64,000 bases of DNA from Octopus vulgaris (taxonomy: Eukaryota), in the NCBI GenBank assembly GCA_951406725.2, contig OX597827.1, positions 58,528,001 to 58,592,000 of the forward strand. Reading direction: 5' to 3'. The notes under the pieces are model-generated. The model worked only from the letters and a program-made list of their open reading frames with translations. It was not told where the DNA came from and searched no databases. A program made the translations under genes and the position numbers. Numbering within the stretch: position 1 is the first letter of the stretch; the number at the start of each line of letters is the position of its first letter. Shown here piece by piece: positions 12,701 to 24,731 of this stretch.

Positions 12701-15700
12701 TCTGATATGTTGCCAATCTTTAACATCAAGAAAGTTTTATAGTGAACACACCAATTCAACTTAAATCCTTCTTTAAATTAACCTCTCTTTTGTATCAGGA
12801 AAGCATCTGCATGTGGATTTAGTGTTTTCCCCATCATCTGTTTTAATTAAGTTACACAAAATATTTATCAATTTCATTTGTTTGTTTTTGTAGGAAGCCC
12901 GAGATGTCAGATCTGAATATGATCGGTATAAAGAGGAAATGGCTGATTTTGCTGAAACTGTTGAAATTGCGACCCTAGACAAGGAAATGGCTGAAGAAAA
13001 GGTAAATTTTTGAGATTAATCTTTGGGTAAAAATTCTATAACAGAGGTTGTTAGGGTTTGTTAGTTTGTTCATTTTATTTTAAGAGTTGAGTCAGTGTTA
13101 ACATATTTAACCCTTTCGTTACTGTATTTATTTTGAGATACTCTGTGTTTCTTTCAATTACTTTAACTATAACAAAGAATTTAGTAAAATAACTTAGTTA
13201 TCATTCAGCTAGTGTTAGGAACATAAATTGTGACTAAGGTTTGGTGGAAGATATTAATTCAAAACTTACGAAAACAAGACATTTGTACTCAGAACCAGAG
13301 CTGTTTTCAGCCGGGTTGGATAACGAAAGGGTTAATGCTAGTAATGTTAAAATACTAACTAGAAACGTTTATTACATCAAGAGCAGTATCCCAAGCATCA
13401 GTCATTGCTAACCCTTCATGATACACAACACTGTGTTGCTGTATTAGATGAAGAACACTTTGAGCTGTGTGGCTGATCATTTGTTTATCATTTGTTTTAT
13501 CTTGGCATTACAGTTACTCCATCTGAAGTGAACACTACAATTTTTATTCTGTATTTGATTGGTCTTATAGAAATCTTTGATCACATTTGTAATTGATTCA
13601 ACTTTGCAAAGATTCAGTTTTAAAATTCTTCCAAAATTTGTCTTGTAGTTCTCACTGTTTTCTTGAAATTTGCTTTTGTCAACAATTTTCTGGTAATTAC
13701 GTTTGTTGAATTTTTAATGCTTTGGCTGCAAACTTAATTTCACGGTCATTCCCATAATGATGTTAATTATCCACTGAAAAATAAAATTGATATTTTCTGC
13801 TCCTGCAATACTTTTCCAGTATCTCCTGTAGGTACAGCTTTCATATCTACCCCTAAAAGCATTTGATTCTTGCTCTGAAAAATTGTCTTTTGTTAAATGT
13901 GTTGAGGGAGTAATCTCACCTTTCCACAGCATAAGGAGAAATTTTTTTCAAAGCTGTGAGGTAAAACCACTTTCCACACTTCATGGCAATGAAATTTTGA
14001 GTGGATATATCTCCCTCTCACATTCAAAAGGGTTAACAGATGACACAAATTATTACTTGTATTGAGTTGTCCGGAAAGTTCGTGCCTATTTTTAAAGGAA
14101 AGAAAAAGGTCAATAAATACTTGCCATTACATTTTTAATCAACCAAATATGAACCATTTTGTTGCACAATGCGTCTCCATCTTTCCTTTAAATCGAAAAT
14201 ACCCTCTTCTCAGAATTGAGGTGGTTTCATGGCAAAGAATTCATCAAGTTATCTTTTTATGTCATCCAAGGAATTTAAATTTTTACCATTAAGACTATTC
14301 TGCAGAGACCTGAATAAGTAGAAATCCGAAGGAGCAATATCTGGTGAATATGGAGGGTGGGGTAACACATCCCAGCCAAGCTGCAGCAATTTTTGTCTGG
14401 TTCCCAAAGCATCAAGTGCCGAAGATGAACTTTCTTATTTTCCATTTTAAAGGGCTACAAAATTAACATAGGTTATAAATCTTTTTCCTTGAAAAGATAC
14501 TTAAACTGTGCTCTAAATGGCGGTGTAGTCAAATTCTATTTTATGGACTCAACCATGTTCTAAAATAAGTTGAAAGGTAAGCTACTATAAATCGGCACGA
14601 ACTTTCCGGACAACCCAATACAAACTTAAATGGCATATCTTTTACTATGACAGCCCATTGTCCAGATTACATATTCAGCTATATGATCATGTATATGCTG
14701 TACAGAGTTCATTAAGATATCTATATGTATTACAACTAATACATTCTTTCGAAGGGTCTGTTTCATTTGCCTTTATTCCCTTTGCTTTTATTTGTCTCTC
14801 TCTCTTTATCTGAGATTCTCTCAGAAAGTACATTTAATGGTTAAATAATCCTGTTGCTAAGAATTTCAATAGCAGAAATATGTTGCTTCAGTGGTAAAAT
14901 GCCTTTTCAGGTAATCTTGTTTCCACCCTTCACAGCAGTAGTAAATATGATAGAAACTTGTTTTATTTGAAATTTCACAGATTAAACAGTGACATCAAAT
15001 GTCAATAATGTCACAACCTTACTCATTAGATTTGCTACAGCACTCGAACAGTTCTAACCTGGTTTAATACTTCATGGCAGGATTTCCCAACAGTCAGAGA
15101 AACAGATACCATGGCACAGTCTGTCTGATGCTCAGATGACTCAGCCATAATGCTGCCTATATGTAGATAACATATGGATAAACTGTGTGTGTGTGTGTAT
15201 GTATGATAGATAGATAGCTATAGATAGAATCAATTCAACTGTCATTACTTTTTCATCCATGCTGCAATATGCTGTTTCATTACTGAACTTATTTTCTCAT
15301 TTATATGAAACTTTCAAAATTAGTATGCACCATAATTCTCTCCCCCCTCTCTCCTTTCCCCCTCTCATTTCCCCCATCTCCTCTCCCTCTCCTTCCCCCT
15401 ATCCCCTCCCCTCTCCCTTCTAAGAGAAAGCTTAGTAGGTCTAGTGAGGAAGTGTGGTGACCTCAGACTGGCAATGGGGAAGAAAGGAAAAGAAAATCTA
15501 TGACCTTGTCTAAATGCTTGCAACAGTGTGAGTTCTGGAAAGGTAACTGGGGCTTAGGTCACGGCATTAAGCCAAGTGTTGGAATAAATCTACCAAGGAA
15601 CAGGTACAATCCATCTGAAGGGCTTCTGCCCAGTTTCTGTCTGTCTAGTTTCACTCGTGAGGCTTAGATTGATCCAAGATTTTTCTCATTTGCTGTTTCT

Positions 15701-18700
15701 GGTTTGTTATTTCAGTGTGAAGGTCTTGAACAAGAATTAGAAAGCTTAAAAGAAAAATACGAAGAACTTATTTTAGACCATGATATTTTAGAAAATGAAA
15801 TCAAGGACAAAGGTAAGTTATATCCTTTTTGGGTTTATTGATGTTTGTAAGTGTTCCTGTAGTTTTACTTGGCTTTGTTATTGGGAAGTCTCAGATCAGC
15901 TCTGGTAGAATATTTCTATGATTTGAGGTATTCTACTTATGATCATCCAACCTTTTATTCAGACATAATGTGCTCCAAACTCTATTATCCTGTGTTTCTT
16001 CTGATTTTCAAGAACATATGCAACCTTAGTGTTTAAGCAACTGGGCTCTCAAACATTAGATCCAGTTCAAAGTCTTGCCCAAAGAACACATATTGTGTCC
16101 TTGGGCAAGATATTTAATTAATCCAATCAGCTGGTTAAAATAATCATTAAAATTCACTGAATGCTCTGTGAACAGTAAATTAGTGTGGCAGTCTTAACAA
16201 GGTAGGGATACAACCAAAAATCTTCACACACGAAAAGGAATACATCCAGCAGTGGATTGTTATATTTTAACTTTGACCCTTTAGCAATTAAGCCAGCCAT
16301 GTCTCGCCAAAATATTGTACCTGCTTTATGTTCAAACTGACCAAATCCAGCCTCTCACACCTATCATACAATGTAATTCTAAAAGTAAACAATCACATCA
16401 TTGATATCTCAAAGCAACAAGATAATTCATGATTAAGTCAAAGCAATATGAATAAGCAAGCAATAAGAAACCTGAATGCTAAAGGGTTAACTTTTACTAT
16501 TTTTCTTTTTAAGATAGTTGATTATGATTCGAGATATTTGGCTGCTACTTACAGCAAGTCAAGTGAGCACATAAAGGTTCTACTGTTCTCTGATATTTGT
16601 TGAATTGTTGGAGGGCATTGACTGTTAGCAGTGATTAAAAAAAAAAATTTTTTTTTGTTTTGATCCTATCTGCCACTCATTAGTTAAGTTAATTTTTTGG
16701 CTCAAAAAGCAAAAAGCAAGGCCGTGTAGGGGGACATGGAGTTATGTATAGGGTGGTGTTCATACAAAGAGTTCAGGCCATTTGTGGTCAAGGGAGACTT
16801 TGAACCGAGCTGTTGTTGGCATCTTCACTCTCGTCCAGCAGCTTATTCCACGGATCCGCAACCCGGACGGAGAAAGCCCCTCTCCTTCGATTGAGATGAA
16901 ATCGTCACAGATAGAGCTTTTCGGAGTGACCCCGCAGCTGGAGTGAAGAACAGCTCTTTCGAGAGGTTACACTTTCCGCTTATGATGTGAGCAAGAATGA
17001 AATCACCACGGCGTTGTCGTTTTTCTAGAGAATAAAGGTCGAGTGTCTTCAGCCTTTCTTCATAAGACAAATGCTTGAGACCAAGTACCAAGTACCAATA
17101 AGTCTAACATAAGATATGAATTCTGCTAGAGCTTTGATTGATATAAAAGAAAGTGTTTGTCAAATCCATCTTTAAAATATAAAACAAAAAAAAAAACAAT
17201 TCTTTTTTTTGGAAATTTTTTTTTTTTCTTGTAGGTACTGAAGGTGTTGCTGCTAATTATGAATGCAAGCAGGTGGAGCTCCAGAATGAGCGTCTGAAAG
17301 AAGCTCTAGTTAAGTAAGTTAATAGACAAAATAAATACCTTGATCTTCTCAATAAATGTAAACTCCCTATACCTCTCATATATTATGGCATACAGTAATC
17401 CCTCGACTATTGCAGTTCTTATGTTCCCAAAAGCCCTTATGATTGGTGATAATCTGTGAAGTGAAAACAATTCTGTACTGTATAGTTTTTTTAAAATTAT
17501 TTTTATAATTTCTATATATTTATTTTATTATAAATGCAAAACAACACAGAGGAATCGACGTAAGCTTAAATAATAAACCACAATAGGTGAACTGCAATAT
17601 GGCAAGGGATTACTCTAGCTGTATAGCTAAGAAAGTACTCTGCAACCACATGCTTGTTTTCAAATTTTTTTTTATTCAGTCTCTGGGCATGTATTTTTGC
17701 CATAGTCTGTTAAACTGATAAAAATTCTGTGAGTAAAATTTAGTAGATGTAAACTTAGTAGAAGCTTATTGTGTATATGTGTATGGAATAAAGAATTTGT
17801 CATTCCTTGCATTCTGTTCCATTCAGATATGTTATTTTACACCTAAGATAACTGGGTGGAATAATTACCAGACAAGTCTATTACGATCAATGTAAATGAA
17901 TAAAACCATTTAAAAAGCATTTATTGGCCAGAGCAACAAGCTGGCCTCCGTGCCGATGGCACGTGAAAAATACTATTTGAGCATGATTGTTACATGTGTC
18001 GCCTTACTAGCACTTGTGCTGGTGGCACGTGAAAAAACATTTGAGCGAGGTCGTTGCCAGTGCTGCTGGACTGACTCCTGTGCAGGTGGCACATAAAAAG
18101 CACCATTTGAGTGTGGCTGTTGCCAGTACTGCCCGACTAGCCTTCGTGCCGGTGGCACATAAAAGCACCCACTACACTCTTGGAGTGGTTGGCATTTGGA
18201 AGGGCATCCAGCTGTAGAAACTCTGCCAGATCAGATTGGGGTCTGGTGCAGCCATCTGGTTCGCTAGACCTCAGTCAAATCGTCCAACCCATGCCAGCAT
18301 GGAAAGTGGACGTTAAACGATGATGATGATGATTCCAAGTTTTATTCTTTCATTATTTTTTTCTTTTTTAGGATGAGAGATTTGTCAAATGAAGAAAAGC
18401 ATGAAAACCAAAGGCTAGGGAAACAAAATGAGAAACTACAAAGTGAAGTGGTTGGACTGAGGAAAGATAAAGAGAAACAGCTTAATGAAATCCTGGAACT
18501 GCAGAACCAAACAATTGAGCTAAAAGAACAGGTAATGAGTTCATTGTCACTTCTGTTATATGTCTGTTTAGCTCAAAAGTAGAATGGCTTAATATTAGCT
18601 TTGAGTCAGAAAATTTTAGTCATACACATACTGTGTGACTTGCAGTGGAAGGTACTTATAAAAAAAGACCCCCTTCGGTCATGAATGACCATGGGATTGC

Positions 18701-20176
18701 ACCTAAAAAGTTCCCCTCCATGACACAAGTCCAGGCTAGGTTGTTTATAGAAGACCAGCATCCACACATGCATGTCAGCCTCCCCTCTCCACGCCACTGA
18801 TGTTATCCAAGGGAAAGGCAAAGGCCAATACAGCTTGGTACCAGTGACATTGCAACTCATTTCTACAGCTGAGTGAACTGAAGCAATAAGAAATAAAATG
18901 TCTTGCTCAAGAACACAGCACACAGCCTGGTCCAGGAATTGTGAGGGCCTAAGGACTTAGTAGTAGTTGTTTGATACAACAACTTTAGGCTTCACAGAAG
19001 AGTTACAGTCAGTAGAGGTGAAATAATGGAGATTGTATTTGGCAGAGATGGCCATCTGAAATGTATATGGAGTCTATAAATATTAAATCAATAATAATTT
19101 CAAAAAAAAGTATGTTGGTTAGAATTTTACTTCTGTGGCTTTGAATAAGTATTTGGTTTAAAATTCTAAGAATGTTACTGGGTACAGCAGGCACCAAAAG
19201 AAGCTGAAGAGTGCAATGGCTGAAACAGTGTGCCTTGAGCAAGCAAGCTAAGAACACCAGGTGAATAAATCAGTATAAGATATCAATGTTCTGGTTTAGA
19301 TTTTTTTCAGACAAGAATTCACTGCAACAAATTTGAAGATGGAAATTCTTTTATCCGAAATGAATTTTTAATGTAAAAGGAAATATGTATTCAATTTTTG
19401 TTTTTTCAAAATGTTATATTTTATTTTTTGCTTTAATGAGAAGCATAGTAGCACTCAGAATTAAGTCCTGCACTTTTGGTTCCCACAGCAGGCTTTGTGT
19501 GACATTGGCTCTAGGCTAAAGTATTTAACCCCTCTTGCTTAAAGCTTTAGTCACAACATGGGAAAATTATCTTTTATCTTTTACTTGTTACAGTCGTTAG
19601 ACTGTGGCCATGCTGGAGCACTGCCTTGAAGAATTTTAGTCAAATGAATTGACCCCAGTACCCTTTTTTTTAAGCCTGGTACTTATTTTATTGGTTCTTT
19701 TTGCTGAACCACTAAATTATGGTGACATAAACATAACAACACAGGTTGTCAAGCAGTGGTGGGACAGACGCACACACGATGAGCTTCTTTCAGTTTTCAC
19801 CTACCAAATCCACTCACAGGGCTTTGGTTGCCCTGAGGCTTTAGTAGAAGACACTTGCCCAAGGTGTCATGCAGTGGAACTGAACTGGGAACCACATGAC
19901 CACTCCTGCACCTTATCAATTTTTATTAATAACTTCATTGTTCTATTCTCCTGTTCAACTGGAAAGTCTTGTAAGTATTGTAAGATATAAAGATATAATA
20001 TCAGCCTCGAAAAATTGGTTTTTAATCTGCTAACTTTTTTCCCCACTTTTTTTTCTGTCTTAACTTTAAATTTTGAAATCTTTGTCTGTATATATATATA
20101 TATAACAGATGGTTTTGCATTCATGTAGTTGTGTTTATTATACGTGTGTGTGTGTGTGCATATATTTGTGTGTGTA

Positions 20177-20208
<32 letters not shown>

Positions 20209-23200
20209 TATGTATGTATGTATATATTTATTTGTATTTTTTTTATAATTTAGATCATAGTGGTGTCATGATTGGTGAATGATCTCAGTTAATCTTTTGT
20301 TCTGATAATGTAATTGTTTTTCAGTTATCGGAAGTTCTAGCCAAGGTAAACACAGGGTAGATTCTCCAAGCCTCCAGCAGGTTGATTCCTTCTTTTTGCT
20401 TTCAACAGTCCAAATTGCTTTAAGTTTCCCATGAATTGGGTTGCTTTATCTGCCTTGAAAATTTGGCTTTCAATTTGGGATCATAGATTTTTTTTCTTTT
20501 TACCCCTTTTTTTCCCCTTCTAAACCTCAAAGCCTTTGTTTTTGTTTGTTCATAACTTATGGTCAAAAACACTTGGACAGTTTATATAAACTAAAGGTTT
20601 CAAGATTTGTTCAACCTTAGCCCTTAAGCATTCAGATTATTCTGGTAAATATTATGCTTAATTATTCAATTACTTTGTAATTAATCATGCACCATCTCAT
20701 AGCTGTGAGATTTTGATGTTTGTGTAGATTGACATTGTAGGATAGGTGTGAGATACCAGATCTGGTTGGTTTGAACATACAACAGGTAGGATGTTTAGGC
20801 TGGATATGGCCGGTTTAACCCTTTTGTTACCAACCTGGCTGAAACTGGCTCTGAGTGCAAATGTCTTGTTTTCATTAGTTTTGATTTAAAATCTTCCACT
20901 AAACCTTAGTCACAATTTATGTTCCTAACACTAGCTTAATGATAACTAAGTTATTTTACTAAATTCTTTGTTATGTTTAAAGTAATTGAAAGAAACACAG
21001 AGCATCTCAACAGAAATACAGTAATGAAAGGGTTAAATGCTAAAATATTACAAAATGTAATACTTTATACACAGACATCATTATCACTCTACATTGATGT
21101 TAGAGAATTAACTAGGATTAATTAGTAAGAAATATATTTATGTTATCATTATTTTTTATTGATTACTTGTTTCAGTCATTGGACTGTGATCATGCTGGGT
21201 ACCATCTCGAAGGGTTCAAATCGAACAAATTGACCTCAGTACTTTTTTTGAAAATCTGACCCTTATTTTATTGGTCTGTCTTGCTGAAACTGCTTGGTGA
21301 TGGGGATGTAAACAAACCAGCATTGGTTGTCAAGTGGTGATGTAGATTTACACAAACACACATATATAATAGATCTACACACAGTTTTCATCTACCAAAT
21401 TCACTCAATGCATTGTAGGATCGAACCCAAAACCATGAGGTTGCAAAGCCAGTTTCTTAACCACATAACCATGCCTGCGCCTATGTTCTTCATCATACAG
21501 CCATGCATTCATTTGTGTGAATTATCTTTTATTAAAAAAAGTATTGCATCTTTTTATATCCTAAACTTGGTGTAAAAGGGAATTTAACTAGCATATTTCT
21601 TCAAAACCTACACTAACAGTCATTGCTTTTTTAACATGAAAATCTGTATTTCATTATATTAAACCATTATTTTGTCTGGCATTTTATCGACAGGTGATAT
21701 TCTTTCTAGAATCTGTTTTAGAATATAATATTCAAAGAACATTCAAACCACCTTGATTAATGCTTCCATCCTGGCTGACCGTGTTGGTGCTAGTGCCACA
21801 TAAAAAGCACCTGGGCTGGTGCCACATAAAAACACCTATGCTAATGCTAGATAATAAAAACATCCATGCCCAGTGCACTCTGTAAAGTGGTTGGTGTTAA
21901 GGAGGGTACCCAGCCATGGAAACCAAGCCAAAACACAGGAATGGAACCTGGTGTAGCTCTCCAGCTTGCCAGCTCTAGCTGAACCATCCAACCCATGCCA
22001 GCATGGAAAATGGATGTTAAATGATGATGATGATTCTAATTCTATAAAATGATTCAATTCATCACACAGACATACACACATGTTTGTGACTTTGATGCTT
22101 GTATGCTAGAAGATACTGACATTTCAGAGTTATCCCTTTTTGAAAGAAAAAAAAAAAAAAGTCTTCAGAAGGATGGATGGCCCTCCCCTGTAGAGTTTTT
22201 TGTGAGACAGACCATGACCAGTTTCTTTGAACTCTGGTTTAGTTATATCATTTCTGTTGTCCTTTTGCAGCTGGATTTCAATGCCAGCTTGGATTGGGTG
22301 ATTCTGTTGTAAAGTTATAATGGGAGTAGGTACTGAAAGAAAAATTAATTGGTTAAGCTATTAGCGATAATGATGGTGATGATAATATGAAATCAAATAA
22401 TACTTTAGATGACAACATCCTGGATTATTGATATTCACTATGCTTCAATCTGTTTGATCTCCAACCATTACCAGCTACCAAGTCCAAATTTCGTACATTT
22501 ATTTCAGGTTGGATTCAAACTAGGAACCTTTTGTTTCTAAACTAATTGCATTTACACCTGTATCTGTCACTGTCAAAAATTTATCTTAGTAACGATGTAT
22601 CTCAAAATGTTAGGCATTTAACAGTTTTTATTGATGTAAAGTTGAAGAGAATAACTAATTTTTTAAACTATTATATCCTTCTTTTTTCATAAAAGTATAG
22701 CTAAGTTTGGGGTTTGAAAATTTGGATATTTAAATCTGACTTGGAGCGTTTGCTTTTACTACACTTGTCCTTTCGTAGTACTTGTACATTCACAACGAAA
22801 TATTCAGTCACAAGAGAAGCTTTTATATTACAGTTAGGCCGACTGAGGCAAGCAGAGTCATGTAATTTGCCCGTGAGACATATTACAGTGACTTCAAATC
22901 AACCAAGGGAATGATGTGTAGTCACTTAACCCTTTGCCTTGTGTATCACATGTGGTACAAAGGATATTTTTTTCTGGGTAACTTGGTAATTATGAAAAAA
23001 AAAAAAAGCTTTATATTACTGAGAATGTATGAAACGAGGGCCTAACTAAAAGTCTGAAAACAATGATGGATGTTTAGGACCAACTTATGAAAATGCTTCC
23101 TACAGGCAAAGGATTAGCTTGCATATCTGCACATTGGTTATTTTAATGTAAGGATCAAGTGCTTAACACTTTTGTGTTCATATTACTCTGTCAAATGTAG

Positions 23201-24386
23201 TGCTTATTTATTCACGTTATTTTGGATTAATTATGCATTGTCTTGTAGCTTTGAAATTTTGATGATGTGTTTGTCTATTCTTACAATGACATTGTAAGGT
23301 AGGTGTGACGTCCCAGCTCTGGCCAGTTTGAACATAAAACAGGTAGAATATTTGAGCTGGATATGGTCAGTTTAAAAGCTAAAGGGTTAATGTCCTCCAT
23401 ACTGGAACAACTCATTTTACACTGACTGAACTGGCATTGGTTAAAAACATCAATCAAATGTATATTTAGATCAAATATTTCCATACTGCCTCTGAATCTT
23501 GGGTATGACTGACTGGTGTTACATAATAATAGCAACAATGCAGTGACTAGCAAGACTGTTAATCTATGAAGTGATTTATATTTAAAAAATGCATCAGAAA
23601 GTGGTGTACAAGATAGTAAAAAAAACAATGGATGTCTTGACAAATGTCCAAAGTGTCTAATTGACCAAATTATTACCTTGAAGTTATAAGAAAGAAAATG
23701 GAATGTTAAAAACAATGTTTTAAGTGTGAAACATGTTATTGTTTGTAGTTACTACTAATGTGGTAATATTGTTGATTAGTAAACTTTTGTAGTATTGCAT
23801 GCATGGACACATGTATAAACAAACACACACACATATGCATACATACATAATGTAATGCAGGGCTTCTCAACCAGGGTCCATATGGCCCTTGGGGGCCCAT
23901 GTAAGATTTTTCTTGTTAAAATTTACAAGCAATAAATTGCTTATACTCTTACCATGTACAAAATATTAAATTATTTTTTCGTACAATTCCTAATAAGATT
24001 TAATTATAAAAAATACAGTAGGGTCAATGAGACTGATAAAGCAAGGGCTGAACATCTGGCGGAACAGAGGGAAAGAGACAAAAGCAGGAGAGATCAGGAA
24101 TCGGATGCTCATGTGAATACAAACAGAATACATGTATCTATGTTTTGCGTAAATCGGACCATGGGTTACCGATATACGTGTTATTTTTTTACGGGTACCT
24201 TTATAATTAGCCAAACCTGCGTATAATGGGGAAAATGCTTTGAAAGTAAGGGACCATTGATATGTGAATACACACGGAATAACATAAGTTTTGCGTAAAT
24301 CGGACCACAGATTCCTGAGATATGCAGTTTTTTCGGGTACCTTGAACTATTGGTGACCCAACTGGTCATGGGTAGTCTAGTGTATG

Positions 24387-24419
<33 letters not shown>

Positions 24420-24682
24420 TGAAATGGATAAATGAAATATCTTGTTACGGATTATTCAAAATTTAACCGATACCTGGGTAGCAAAAATCACAACAGAAAA
24501 AAACACGGTTGAGGTTACGGCCATGGGGTGTCGCAACCGTGCCTTAGCGTGGATAATTGAAGTTTTATATATTTAGTGAAGGGAAGAAATGGAGCTGAAC
24601 GAAGATTCTACAAAATTTATGTATTATATATAAAAAGGAATTTTGTAGAATCTTCGTTCAGCTCCATTTCTTCCTTCACTAA

Positions 24683-24731
<49 letters not shown>

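Noticed and set aside
17940-18170. Regularly spaced ggcac(g/a)t(g/a)aaaa repeats resembling a CRISPR array
   Set aside because: Eukaryotic DNA with no cas genes; these are internal tandem repeats of SINE family 3 with similar, not unique, spacers.
23954-24226. Charged 90-aa ORF ([23 protein letters not shown])
   Set aside because: It spans a MITE/Helitron-like junction and is not needed for the DCTN1 frame; ELKEQ joins VDAALG directly.
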